A stretch of 64,000 nucleotides of DNA from Minwuiaceae bacterium (GTDB lineage Bacteria > Pseudomonadota > Alphaproteobacteria > Minwuiales > Minwuiaceae): assembly GCA_028278525.1 (NCBI GenBank), contig JANQEE010000017.1:66274-130273 (forward strand). Reading direction: 5' to 3'. The translations under genes were made by a program, and so were the position numbers. Positions 27,566 through 37,038 of this stretch are shown in pieces (position 1 is the first letter of the stretch; every line of letters starts with the position of its first letter). The notes under the pieces are model-generated. The model was not told where the DNA came from. It searched no databases and worked only from the letters and a program-made list of their open reading frames with translations.

Positions 27566-27673
27566 GGCGCCGACAGAAGCCGGAACACGCAGGTTCCATC
27601 GGCAGTAATGTAGCGGCGAACGCCGGGGCGGCCCACAGATGACGCAACTGCCGGATGGAAACCGTGCCTGAAG

Positions 27674-29416
27674 TTGACGTCAATGATGCTCGATCGAAAC
27701 GAAAACGGTGACCCGGCCGCAACGGCGGTACGAGCATCTCGCGGCGCCTTTGTCGCGGTTGCCCTGTTCAGTCTGTTTCACAATCTGCTGCTGCTGACCG
27801 TCCCCCTCTACATGCTGCAGATCTACGACCGGGTGCTCACGTCCGGCAGTCAGGCAACGTTGGCGATGCTGACCGTCGTCGCGCTTGGCATGTTGTTGGC
27901 GAGCGCCTTGCTCGAGCTCGTGCGTAATCGAATCCTGACACGTCTGGCAATGCGCCTCGACGATCGCCTGAACGCCGACGTGCTCACGGCGACCCATCGA
28001 CTTCGGCTCGACAAAGTTCAGCAAAACGGACAACCGCTGATCCGCGATCTCGAGATCGTGCGCGCCTTTCTTGCGGGCAACGGCCTCATCGCCCTTCTGG
28101 ATATGCCGTGGACGCCCGTGTTCATCGTGGTGATTTTCCTGTTTCACCCCCTTCTCGGGTCGGTCGCGCTCGGCGGCGTCATTCTGTTGTTCGGGCTTGG
28201 CGTTCTGAATGAGCTGGTGACAAGGAAGCCGCTTAGGGAAGCGCTTCGCGAACACGCGACGGGTCAGTCCTTCGCGGAGACGAGCCTGCAGAACGGCGAT
28301 GTCGTCGAAGCCATGGCAATGCTGCCCGGCCTACACCGGCGCTGGCGCGAGCATCATGAGCGGTCCCTTCTTTTGCAGACGAAATTGAGCGATCGCGCGG
28401 GAACGATTGCCGCCTTCGCCAAGTTTGCCCGCCAAGGCTTGCAGATAGCGATGCTTGGGCTTGGCGCCTATCTCGCGCTGCAGCAGGTAATTACGGCGGG
28501 CGTCATGATCGCCGCATCGATCATCCTCGCCCGTGCGTTGGCGCCAGTCGAATTGTCGATCATGGGTTGGCGGGGTTTCGTGCAGGCACGGGAGTCTTTC
28601 GCGCGGCTGCGGCGGGCCGTCACCTCGGCCGGGCCGGACACCGATCCAATGCGCCTTCCAGACCCGACGGGTCGCATCGCTATCGAGAATCTGTTCGCTG
28701 CGCCTCCGGGGGTCGCGAAACCGGTCCTCCGAAATGTCACCTGCGACCTCGAGCCCGGCCAGATACTCGGTGTGATCGGTCCGAGCGCCGCCGGCAAATC
28801 CACATTGGCACGAGTGCTGGTCGGTGTATGGCAGCCGAAGTCTGGCCATGTGCGCCTGGACGGTGCCGATTTCGCGACCTGGGATCGCCGCCAGCTTGGG
28901 CCGTGTATCGGCTATCTGCCTCAGGACGTCGAGCTGTTCGATGGCTCGATCAAAGAAAACATCGCGCGATTTGAGCTGCCGGTCACGGAGCGGGTCGTCG
29001 CCGCGGCACGGCGTGCGGGCGTCCATGACATGATCCTCGGCCTACCCGACGGCTACAATACGAGGATTGGCGATGGCGGAAGCGTGCTCTCAGGCGGACA
29101 GCGACAGCGTATCGCGCTGGCCCGGGCGCTTTACGGCGACCCGGTGCTGATCGTGCTCGACGAACCGAATGCCAGCCTAGACACCGACGGCGACCACTCC
29201 CTTCGAGTTGCACTGGAAACCCTGAAGGCCGAGCAAAAAACGGTTGTGATCATCTCCCATCGTCTCAATGTGCTGGCGGTGGCCGATCAGCTAATGCTGC
29301 TGCGCGACGGCGCGGTGGAACGATCCGGCCCCCGCGCCGAAGTTCTAACGGCCCTGACGCGGGTGGCGGCCAGCCAGTCGGTCAGCACCAGCCGCGACGC
29401 GGCTGTGGCGACATGA
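27674..29416 (+). CDS. Type I secretion system ABC transporter permease/ATPase (PrtD/HasD-type, no N-terminal C39 domain)
   Basis: A 6-TM domain is followed by an ABC ATPase with Walker A (GPSAAGKST), the signature LSGGQRQRIALARAL, and Walker B (IVLDEP). Confidence 0.9.
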   Translation: MTSMMLDRNENGDPAATAVRASRGAFVAVALFSLFHNLLLLTVPLYMLQIYDRVLTSGSQATLAMLTVVALGMLLASALLELVRNRILTRLAMRLDDRLNADVLTATHRLRLDKVQQNGQPLIRDLEIVRAFLAGNGLIALLDMPWTPVFIVVIFLFHPLLGSVALGGVILLFGLGVLNELVTRKPLREALREHATGQSFAETSLQNGDVVEAMAMLPGLHRRWREHHERSLLLQTKLSDRAGTIAAFAKFARQGLQIAMLGLGAYLALQQVITAGVMIAASIILARALAPVELSIMGWRGFVQARESFARLRRAVTSAGPDTDPMRLPDPTGRIAIENLFAAPPGVAKPVLRNVTCDLEPGQILGVIGPSAAGKSTLARVLVGVWQPKSGHVRLDGADFATWDRRQLGPCIGYLPQDVELFDGSIKENIARFELPVTERVVAAARRAGVHDMILGLPDGYNTRIGDGGSVLSGGQRQRIALARALYGDPVLIVLDEPNASLDTDGDHSLRVALETLKAEQKTVVIISHRLNVLAVADQLMLLRDGAVERSGPRAEVLTALTRVAASQSVSTSRDAAVAT

Positions 29417-30765
29417 CGCTCGTCAACGATATTCGATCGATCGTCCCGTCCGCGCGATCGGAGCACACGCGTTTCAAGGCGGTATTGCAGATGCGGCCGG
29501 CGATCCTAAGCGGCCTGTTCGTGTTGCTCATCACGTTCGGCGGGTTTGGGACGTGGGCGGCGCTCATTCCGATCGACGGCGGCGTGATCGCTCCCGGCTT
29601 CGTCACCGTCGCCACCAACCGCAAGGCCGTACAGCACCTGGATGGCGGTATCGTTGCGGCGGTGATCGTCCGGGACGGCGACGAGGTGCGCGCCGGCGAC
29701 ATTCTCGTTCGCCTCGACAACACCCGTGCCCGCGCCTCGGTGGCCATCTTGCAGGACAGATTGCACTCAGCATTGGCTATCAAGGCACGCCTGACCGCGG
29801 AGCAGACGGGGGCCGCCGAAATCCTGTTTCCACAAATCCTCCTTGATCGAGCGTCGGAACAGGACATCGCGGACATTATGAACGGGCAGCAGGTGTTGTT
29901 TCAGGCACGGCGGGACAGCCTGGTCGGCGAGACGACGATACTGAAGCAGCGCGTCGACCAGTTGACCGGAAAAATCGATGCGATCGAAGCGCAGAAGACG
30001 TCGAAGACCCGGCAACGCGCGCTGATCCATGAGGAGCTTGAAGGCCTTCGAGAGCTTTTTAAGAAAGGCTACACCGAGCGCTCTCGGATCCTGGCATTGT
30101 CACGCACGGCCGCGCGGCTGGAAGGCGAATATGGCGAGCATTCCGCCGACATCGTCCGGGTCGAGGAGGCGATCGGCGAAACGCGATTGCAGATGCTGCA
30201 GGCACAGAAGGCATTTCGCGAAGACGTCGTCGCCGAGCTTCGCGACATTCAGATGCAAATTTTCGATCTCGATGAAAGGGTGGGCGCTGCGCGGGACCTG
30301 GAGGACAAACTGGAGTTACGCGCGCCGGTCGCCGGCACCGTCGTCGCTACCGCAGTGCATGGCATCGGCCAGGTGATCAAGCCGGGAGAGACGATCCTCG
30401 AAATTGTACCCGCCGGGGATCCGCTTGTTATCGAAGCCCATGTCCGCCCTGTCGACATCGACAGCGTTTCCGTGGGGCAAGAGGTCACCGTGCGGCTAAC
30501 CGCCTTCAAGCAACGGACGACACCCACCCTGAGCGGCCGTGTCATCTATGTGTCCGCCGACAGCCTCGTCGGTCGGCAATCAGGCCATGCATACTACTTG
30601 GCGCGTATCGAGGTGCCGAAAGACGAGGCCCGACGTCTGGGCAACCGAAACCTGTTGCCCGGCATGCCCGCTGAAACATTGATACGAACGGGAGGCCGAA
30701 CTGCCATGCAGTATCTGCTGCAACCAATCGCCGATGGCATGGCCCGGGCCTGGCGGGAAGAGTAG
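29413..30765 (+). CDS. HlyD-family T1SS periplasmic adaptor (membrane fusion protein)
   Basis: It has a single N-terminal TM segment, long coiled coils, and a C-terminal beta-domain. It overlaps the ABC gene by 4 bp. Confidence 0.9.
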   Translation: MTLVNDIRSIVPSARSEHTRFKAVLQMRPAILSGLFVLLITFGGFGTWAALIPIDGGVIAPGFVTVATNRKAVQHLDGGIVAAVIVRDGDEVRAGDILVRLDNTRARASVAILQDRLHSALAIKARLTAEQTGAAEILFPQILLDRASEQDIADIMNGQQVLFQARRDSLVGETTILKQRVDQLTGKIDAIEAQKTSKTRQRALIHEELEGLRELFKKGYTERSRILALSRTAARLEGEYGEHSADIVRVEEAIGETRLQMLQAQKAFREDVVAELRDIQMQIFDLDERVGAARDLEDKLELRAPVAGTVVATAVHGIGQVIKPGETILEIVPAGDPLVIEAHVRPVDIDSVSVGQEVTVRLTAFKQRTTPTLSGRVIYVSADSLVGRQSGHAYYLARIEVPKDEARRLGNRNLLPGMPAETLIRTGGRTAMQYLLQPIADGMARAWREE

Positions 30766-30776
30766 AGATACGACGG

Positions 30777-32351
30777 CTATATGAATTTCGTCTTCAGATG
30801 ATCGGCCAACCGGATCGATAGGGCGACGATCGTCAGCGTGGGATTGACATAGCCGGACGTCGGAAAGACCGAACTGCCGGCAATGTAGAGATTTTCGACA
30901 CCGTGCACCCGACAGTTCCGGTCGACCACACCTTTCTTTGTATCTGTCGCCATCCTCGTCGTGCCTATGTGGTGGTTGCCGCCTCTGAGATCCGACGGTT
31001 GCCAACTGTCGTCATCGGACAGCAAGAATCTGCCAATTCGCACGCGCCCCACCCCCAGTCGGGCCAGTTCAGAGCCAACCGTCTTTGTCAGTACGGAAAG
31101 CGTTCGTTTGTCCAGTTCCGTCAATCGCCAATTCAGGTCGACCCGAGGCAGGCCCAGCGCGTCGCGCTTTTTCGACAAAACGACCCTGCTGTCGGGGTTT
31201 GGCGCCTGTTCGGACATGCTGAGAAGAAACGCGCGTTCAGGTTGGGGTGAGGAAATCCGCCGCGTCCCGCGGTTGGCGGCGGCGCGCGGCGCGCCTATCG
31301 CCTGGGAGACCCGCCATAGCTGCCGGCCGATTTCGTCATCCGCTTCGCTTTTCTTGCCGCGCGTCGCCGAACCATAGTCGTAATTCACTTTGAAGCCGGC
31401 GTTCAGAACTCGGTTCTCTCTTTGGGTGCTATCGGTTAAGCATATGGCCGGTTCGCACCATTGCGTCGGCGCCGGCTGCCGTGGCTTCTTCCGCCACACG
31501 TTGTAACGCCGATGTAGATTTTTGGCCGCATCCAACATCAGCATTGCGCAGGTGACGTGTGGATGTTCCATAAAGTAACGGCCGACCAAGCCGTCTCGGT
31601 TGCCCAAACCGGCCGGCTCTACTTTGTTGGAATACAATAGGATCCGCGCGTTCTCGATACCACCGCAGGCCAGTACGTAGTGACGCGCCTTTACCGTGCC
31701 AGATCGGCCGGAAAGCGACCTGATTTCAATGCACTCGACGGCTCGGCCCGTCCCATCGGTTCGAATATCGACGACATTGGCATTCAATAATGCCTTGACG
31801 GTTTTCCGTCTCTCAATGGCGGCGCGATAGACGTGGCCGAAGTTCGTCGGGCCAGAAGAATCTCTGCTGAACCGCCAAAAGCGATGGGCGATTTTGTCCC
31901 GCGTAAATGCCAGAGGTTCGATACCCAGTTCCTGCCACGCGCGTTCGTCGAATGCGCCGGAGCCAAGCCGACAAAGCTCGGCCGCCCGGGGATAAAAGGA
32001 TGCCAGATCTTCCTCGGTCAGGGGCCACCCGCTATGCGGGACCCACGGCCGCTCGACCAGATCAATTCGGTTCAGGACGCCGCATCGTCCGCTCCAGTGA
32101 TTTGTCGTGCCGCCGAAGTACCGGAGTCGAGCTGCGTCGAGATCGTAATACGGTCGACCTGTGTTTTCGCCGTTATAGAGTGCCTGTGTGGCATCGTCGA
32201 AGTCGAGCCCTCCACTCTCGACGAGGCATACGCTGACCGCCGCGTTGGCAAACTCATTGGCGATTACTATTCCGGCTGCACCGCCACCGATTATGCACAG
32301 GTCGGCTGTGATCTCGGTGCCGTCGTCAAGCGCCCTAAAATCAAGCAACAT
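30777..32351 (-). CDS. GMC-family FAD-dependent oxidoreductase
   Basis: It has an ADLCIIGGGAAG Rossmann motif and a C-terminal GMC His-containing block (GGNHHIGTTRM). The gene is 524 aa. Confidence 0.85.
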   Translation of the reverse strand: MLLDFRALDDGTEITADLCIIGGGAAGIVIANEFANAAVSVCLVESGGLDFDDATQALYNGENTGRPYYDLDAARLRYFGGTTNHWSGRCGVLNRIDLVERPWVPHSGWPLTEEDLASFYPRAAELCRLGSGAFDERAWQELGIEPLAFTRDKIAHRFWRFSRDSSGPTNFGHVYRAAIERRKTVKALLNANVVDIRTDGTGRAVECIEIRSLSGRSGTVKARHYVLACGGIENARILLYSNKVEPAGLGNRDGLVGRYFMEHPHVTCAMLMLDAAKNLHRRYNVWRKKPRQPAPTQWCEPAICLTDSTQRENRVLNAGFKVNYDYGSATRGKKSEADDEIGRQLWRVSQAIGAPRAAANRGTRRISSPQPERAFLLSMSEQAPNPDSRVVLSKKRDALGLPRVDLNWRLTELDKRTLSVLTKTVGSELARLGVGRVRIGRFLLSDDDSWQPSDLRGGNHHIGTTRMATDTKKGVVDRNCRVHGVENLYIAGSSVFPTSGYVNPTLTIVALSIRLADHLKTKFI

Positions 32352-32781
32352 GTCGGTCGAATACCAGCGTCGCGAGGGCGCACACCAGAACCTCCGACCG
32401 CGCCACGATCCAGCCGTCCAAAACTACGATATCGCCGTTCTGAAAATCGTAGTCCCGCCGCGCCAGGAGCCGAGTGCGTAGATCGCCGGGAAACCTCGTC
32501 CAAGCGGGACCAAACAGGTCGGCGGCGATTTCATGCCACCCGATAGGCTTAGCCGAGTTGTCCAAATACCGGCGGCCAATTGTCGACACGACCCCGGTGT
32601 CGCCGAATATTGCCTGGAGCGCATTTCGCAGACTATTGAAATCGAAGCCGCCGTTGGACACGACGGTTCGGTTTAACGCTATGCCGGGTTCGCCAATGAT
32701 CAGCGACTGAGCGCCGAAAAGAGCAATCAGCACATCCCGCCGGCTTGGCCCGCACGTCCCTCTGTGTGCAACCGCAGACAC
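32341..32781 (-). CDS. Gluconate 2-dehydrogenase subunit 3-family small subunit (Tat signal)
   Basis: It carries the twin-arginine motif SRRDVLIALFGA. The gene overlaps the start of the downstream GMC oxidoreductase by 11 bp, the usual arrangement for this pairing. Confidence 0.6.
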   Translation of the reverse strand: MSAVAHRGTCGPSRRDVLIALFGAQSLIIGEPGIALNRTVVSNGGFDFNSLRNALQAIFGDTGVVSTIGRRYLDNSAKPIGWHEIAADLFGPAWTRFPGDLRTRLLARRDYDFQNGDIVVLDGWIVARSEVLVCALATLVFDRHVA

Positions 32782-32794
32782 CCCGTTTACTCGG

Positions 32795-33526
32795 TCAATC
32801 CGTTCGAACCACGCCGAAAAGGGCGTCGAAGAACCGATACAGTCCGAGTTGCCTGTCCGTATAGGTTTTGGAGAACGTTTGTTTTAGATGACCGCGCGCA
32901 GTATTCGTCGAAATACCTATCGTGGCGGCGATTTGGTCGAGACGATCACCGCGCAGCAACTCCGATGTTATGTGCGCCTGAACCCTTGTCAGTCCGCACA
33001 ATCCGGTCAGATGTTCGGGATTGATCGCCAGGTCACGATTCGGATCAGCAACGAAGACAGCCGCGATCGATATCTGTTCATCCTCGAGTGTGAGGGTTCT
33101 TTCCAAAGGAACGGCCCATGCCAGAAGCGGCCATGCATTGCCGGTGCGTTCCAACGCGACAATCTCGGCGCTGCCGCTGGATCCGTTCTCGTTCTTCGAC
33201 AGGGCGGCGCGAATTTGCTTTCGTAGTTCCCGCGTGTCGCGCGCCGACTCCGCACGGAGGCCGTCGGGCGCCAGTGTGAGACCTTGTTCTTCCGACATCA
33301 ACTGATCGGCGAATTGGTTCGTTATGAAGGGTTTACCCGTGTCGTCGACGATCAGCACGCCAATGAGTATTCGATCCAGAATTTCTCCGAGAAAAAACTC
33401 TCGCTGAGCGGCCGCCCGCAGCAGCCTTTCGATTTTCTTGAAATGCGACGCGACGACGGGATCGAGACTGCAGGTCGACTTGAGCGATTCAAGCTCCCCG
33501 AGTAGTTTTTTCGCGTCGTTGAACAT
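32795..33526 (-). CDS. LuxR-family transcriptional regulator
   Basis: The C-terminal HTH_LuxR is LTRVQAHITSELLRGDRLDQIAATIGISTNTARGHLKQTFSKT. Confidence 0.8.
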   Translation of the reverse strand: MFNDAKKLLGELESLKSTCSLDPVVASHFKKIERLLRAAAQREFFLGEILDRILIGVLIVDDTGKPFITNQFADQLMSEEQGLTLAPDGLRAESARDTRELRKQIRAALSKNENGSSGSAEIVALERTGNAWPLLAWAVPLERTLTLEDEQISIAAVFVADPNRDLAINPEHLTGLCGLTRVQAHITSELLRGDRLDQIAATIGISTNTARGHLKQTFSKTYTDRQLGLYRFFDALFGVVRTD

Positions 33527-33861
33527 GGACTTCCTTGGATACCCAGGGTCAATGCAGGACTCCGATACGATGGCTTGCGGCCTCCACCACGCAACAGAAG
33601 AGACAACTCAGGTATCTTGGAAAACACTAAACTCCGCGGAATGTAGGCGTTAGATAAGCAAGAAATGCTATTAGTAGACCAATTTACTGACGCACATTTG
33701 TATGCAGAATGGTATGCTATTAATTTCTAGCATTTCAAGCGATCAAGTGATGCATCGTCGACCAGAACCGACCAGCGCCTCACCCCGTGACAAACACTCC
33801 AAAGGTTGCTGCAGTACTTGAACAGCGCCCCAGCTTGTCGTTGCCAGGGTCGTTTTATGTA

Positions 33862-34599
33862 TTACGCACTACATCTACGCAACGGCCGGCGAACGATCAA
33901 CGCCAACCCCACAAAGCCGAGGCCTAGCAGAAAAAGCGCAGTGGGTGCGGGAACGGCCTTGGCCATGCCAAGCAGTTGAAGCGCCAAGTCGACGGTTTTC
34001 GTCTCACCAGGGTCGAGAGAGAAGGAATCGAAGCCGGTGAAACCGTCTTCAATTGCGTCGTTGCCCGAGACCCAAGCATCCAAATCGAAGATCGGTTCGT
34101 CATCCACACTGAGCAGAAAGTGTACATCCGCTTTGGCCATCTCGTATTGAGGCGGCGCGTCGATCGACGTCGCCAGAACAACGAACAGATCGACAAGAAA
34201 GTCCAGTTCCAAGGGGTCCGCCGAGACGTTGGACAAATCGAACGACGCCTGCCCGTCGGCCAGAACGCTTGACATGCCGGGCTTATCCGCGGTGCCAAAC
34301 GCCTGGTGCGTCGCGACCAGAAACTGACCTGCAGCATTCGCGTCGACGTCGGAATCCAAGAACGCAATGGCATTGCCGGACGTGGTCGGTGACTGGATAA
34401 GGGAGGTCGTGGGATTACTGACGATCAGCCCATCGTCTTCAGTAAGGACAGCGAAGGCAAAGGCCGCTTCGCCGAAAAAAATAGCGGTCGCTTCCGCGCG
34501 GCTAGCAAATCCAGCTGTCGCAGCGACAATTAGTGTGAAAGCCGCCAAACCTCTTGTTGCCCGGGACGCGGTCACATGCAATGCACGATCGATCTTCAT
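33862..34599 (-). CDS. PEP-CTERM (VPAP variant) sorting-domain secreted protein
   Basis: It has an N-terminal signal peptide. The C-terminus VPAPTALFLLGLGFVGLALIVRRPLRR has the pattern of a PEP-CTERM motif, TM helix and Arg cluster. Confidence 0.65.
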   Translation of the reverse strand: MKIDRALHVTASRATRGLAAFTLIVAATAGFASRAEATAIFFGEAAFAFAVLTEDDGLIVSNPTTSLIQSPTTSGNAIAFLDSDVDANAAGQFLVATHQAFGTADKPGMSSVLADGQASFDLSNVSADPLELDFLVDLFVVLATSIDAPPQYEMAKADVHFLLSVDDEPIFDLDAWVSGNDAIEDGFTGFDSFSLDPGETKTVDLALQLLGMAKAVPAPTALFLLGLGFVGLALIVRRPLRRCSA

Positions 34600-35039
34600 C
34601 GTATCCCTCCCTTGTCGACACGTTCAGTAACGCAACCGGGCCAGCGATCTTATTGATCCTTAGTGGAATAACCCTCCCAAGTGATCTTCAAATGGTAGTC
34701 TAACAGTGTTACGGAGCTGAGACCGACAACCCCCGAACCGTCATTCGCTTCCCAACAACGTCACTTGAACCGCATCACCGATTGAGCTGAGCGCAAGCCG
34801 GTAATGCGCGAACACTCTATCGCTGGCCTTGCGGCAGTTATGAAATCTGCCACCGCGGCGATACTCGCTATTCACGGAACGAAACAGTACTCACGGAACG
34901 AAGAACCGGTGCCTTCTATTTTTCCGTGCTTGCGCGGAATGGGGCACTCGTGATACGAGAAGCAAATTTTATGCCAAGATCGCAGCACCGTGCAACTTCA
35001 ATAGCTTAGTAGTTTAGAGTTTGGTTGCGCTGACGTTAG

Positions 35040-35245
35040 TTGTAAAATTTTTCGACATTTATGCGCGGATTTGGCGAATTGACGAGGCTACAGGACGTAA
35101 TCGCCGCCCGCGAACCTTTCATTCAGAGCCGGCCTGGATCCATGCCTCACGATTTCAACAGGTTAGGCCTGCCAAGGCATCATTTGTTTGGGTCCAGACT
35201 GTAAAATTCTCCGACATTTACGCTCGTATTTGGCGATTGGCGGCC
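35040..35245. repeat. About 45-bp imperfect direct repeats in an AT-rich non-coding stretch
   Basis: ttgtaaaatttttcgacatttatgcgcggatttggcgaattg matches ctgtaaaattctccgacatttacgctcgtatttggcgattg, about 160 bp apart. Confidence 0.6.
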
Positions 35246-35659
35246 TCAGCCGGCATAGAATTTCCTGTCGAAACCTAGGATTTCCGGCGCCTGAAAATCA
35301 CGGACTGCAATTTGTGGATCAATGCTTGTGAATGGCAAACTCGTCGTAATAGAGACGGCTTGACGATTTTCCATTCGGTTTTGGCGCCGGCCGAGCCGCA
35401 TCGGCCGGCGCCAAGAGCGGTAGGCATCGTCGCCGGCTGGGCCCGCGATCCGCCGCGCGGCTGAAACGCCTGCACTAAAATCATCACGTGCTTCTATTCC
35501 GCGTCGACCTTGCCGGCCGCCCTCGAAACGCCATACCCTAAGCACGTCTTGGAACTTTTATGAAAACCGGAGTTCCAATCGTGCGCGGGCTGATCGTCCC
35601 ATCTGCTCGGTACGGCAATCGCGAATGGGGGCGACGGGTAGATCTCCGCCGGGCAGACG

Positions 35660-36394
35660 ATGGCAATGGATGACAAGACTGAACGCCTGACCAGCGACCC
35701 TGTACCGGCACCACAATTAAGCGCCGACGTGGAACGCCTGTTGGCAACGCTTTACGACGGCGGCATCGGCATTGTGCCGCTGGATGTCGCCTATGCCATT
35801 CTGGCCGCGACGCCTGACGGTATTCGCAGCATCTTCGACGCCAAGCAACGCTCCTACGACAAACCGAGCGGCATGTTCGCCAACGTCGAAATGTCGGCGG
35901 CGCTGCATGTCATGGATGTCGACCGGCATGCGATCGTGGCGACCCTGGTCCGCGAGGTCGGACTGCCGTTCTCCGTGGTCGCACCGTTCCGCGAGGATCA
36001 TCCGCTACTCGCCGGCGTCGATCCGTTCGTCCTGCAATCGTCCAGCAAGGCCGGGACACTGGACATGCTGTTGAATGCCGGCCAGTTCCACGACGAGATC
36101 GCCCGTCAGGCGCTGGCCACGGGGCGGCCGGTGTTCGGGTCGTCGGCGAACAGATCGTTGAGCGGCAGCAAGTACCGCCTGGAAGACGTCGAAGCGCCGG
36201 TGCGCGCGGCCGCCGACATCAGTTTCGATTACGGTCGTTCGCGCTATGCTAACGCCGAGGGCCGGTCGAGCACGATCATCGACTTCCGCGATTTCACGGT
36301 GATCCGGGTCGGCGTGTGCTTTGACCGGTTGCGCGCCGCCTTCCTGGAACGCTTCGATATCGCGCTACGAACCGAAGGGGAAACGAGCACATGA
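35660..36394 (+). CDS. YrdC/Sua5 (L-threonylcarbamoyladenylate synthase-like) domain protein, paralog 1
   Basis: It carries the YrdC fingerprint ...GGIGIVPLDVAYAI... and a SGS(A/K) nucleotide loop (GSSANRSLSGSK). Confidence 0.7.
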   Translation: MAMDDKTERLTSDPVPAPQLSADVERLLATLYDGGIGIVPLDVAYAILAATPDGIRSIFDAKQRSYDKPSGMFANVEMSAALHVMDVDRHAIVATLVREVGLPFSVVAPFREDHPLLAGVDPFVLQSSSKAGTLDMLLNAGQFHDEIARQALATGRPVFGSSANRSLSGSKYRLEDVEAPVRAAADISFDYGRSRYANAEGRSSTIIDFRDFTVIRVGVCFDRLRAAFLERFDIALRTEGETST

Positions 36395-37023
36395 CGGACA
36401 TCTACAAGGAGATCGGCTTCGAGGCCCACCGCATCGGGTTCGGCGAACGCCCGGGCATTGCCGTGGTCGACTTCCAACGCGGCTTCACCGATGCCGAGTT
36501 TCCCTTAGGAGGCCGACCGATGGTACAGGACGCCGTGGACAGCACGGCACGACTGCTGGAGGTGGCGCGAGCCAACAACGTTCCGGTCGCCTCATGCTAC
36601 ACCGCCTATACAAGCGGCCGCGACGCGCCCTACTGGAAAATCCCCGCCGTGGTCGAGCAGTTCCATCACGGCCATCCCTGCACCGAACTGGAGCCGAAGA
36701 TCTACGATGCCGAGTACGACGTCGTGATCTGCAAAAGCGCGCCGTCGATCTTCTTCCAGACGGCGATCACGCAGTTCTTCGTCAAAGAGCGGGTCGACAC
36801 CGTTATCGTCGTAGGCTGTAATACCAGTGGATGCATCCGCGCCTCGGTCATCGATGCCTTTTCCAACGGCTTTCGCGTGATCGTGCCCGAGGAATGCGTC
36901 GGCGACGTCGAAGAAGACCCGCACCGAGCCAACCTGACCGACGTGCATCGGCGCTACGCCGACGTGGTCGGACTGGACGAGGTGCTCGACTACCTCGAAG
37001 AAGTGCGCAAACGCAACGCCTAG
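36391..37023 (+). CDS. Isochorismatase-family cysteine hydrolase
   Basis: The catalytic-Cys block VVGCNTSGCIRAS is present. There is a 4-bp overlap with the upstream YrdC-like gene. Confidence 0.85.
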   Translation: MTDIYKEIGFEAHRIGFGERPGIAVVDFQRGFTDAEFPLGGRPMVQDAVDSTARLLEVARANNVPVASCYTAYTSGRDAPYWKIPAVVEQFHHGHPCTELEPKIYDAEYDVVICKSAPSIFFQTAITQFFVKERVDTVIVVGCNTSGCIRASVIDAFSNGFRVIVPEECVGDVEEDPHRANLTDVHRRYADVVGLDEVLDYLEEVRKRNA

Positions 37024-37038
37024 CCACAATGCCAAGGC

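Noticed and set aside
27674-29416. The T1SS ABC as the partner of the C39 peptidase (bacteriocin-type exporter).
   Set aside because: The ABC lacks an N-terminal C39 domain and is PrtD-type. Its adjacent substrate is an RTX protein with a C-terminal signal, not a GG-leader peptide. The C39 peptidase at 15962 is 11 kb away with its own signal peptide.
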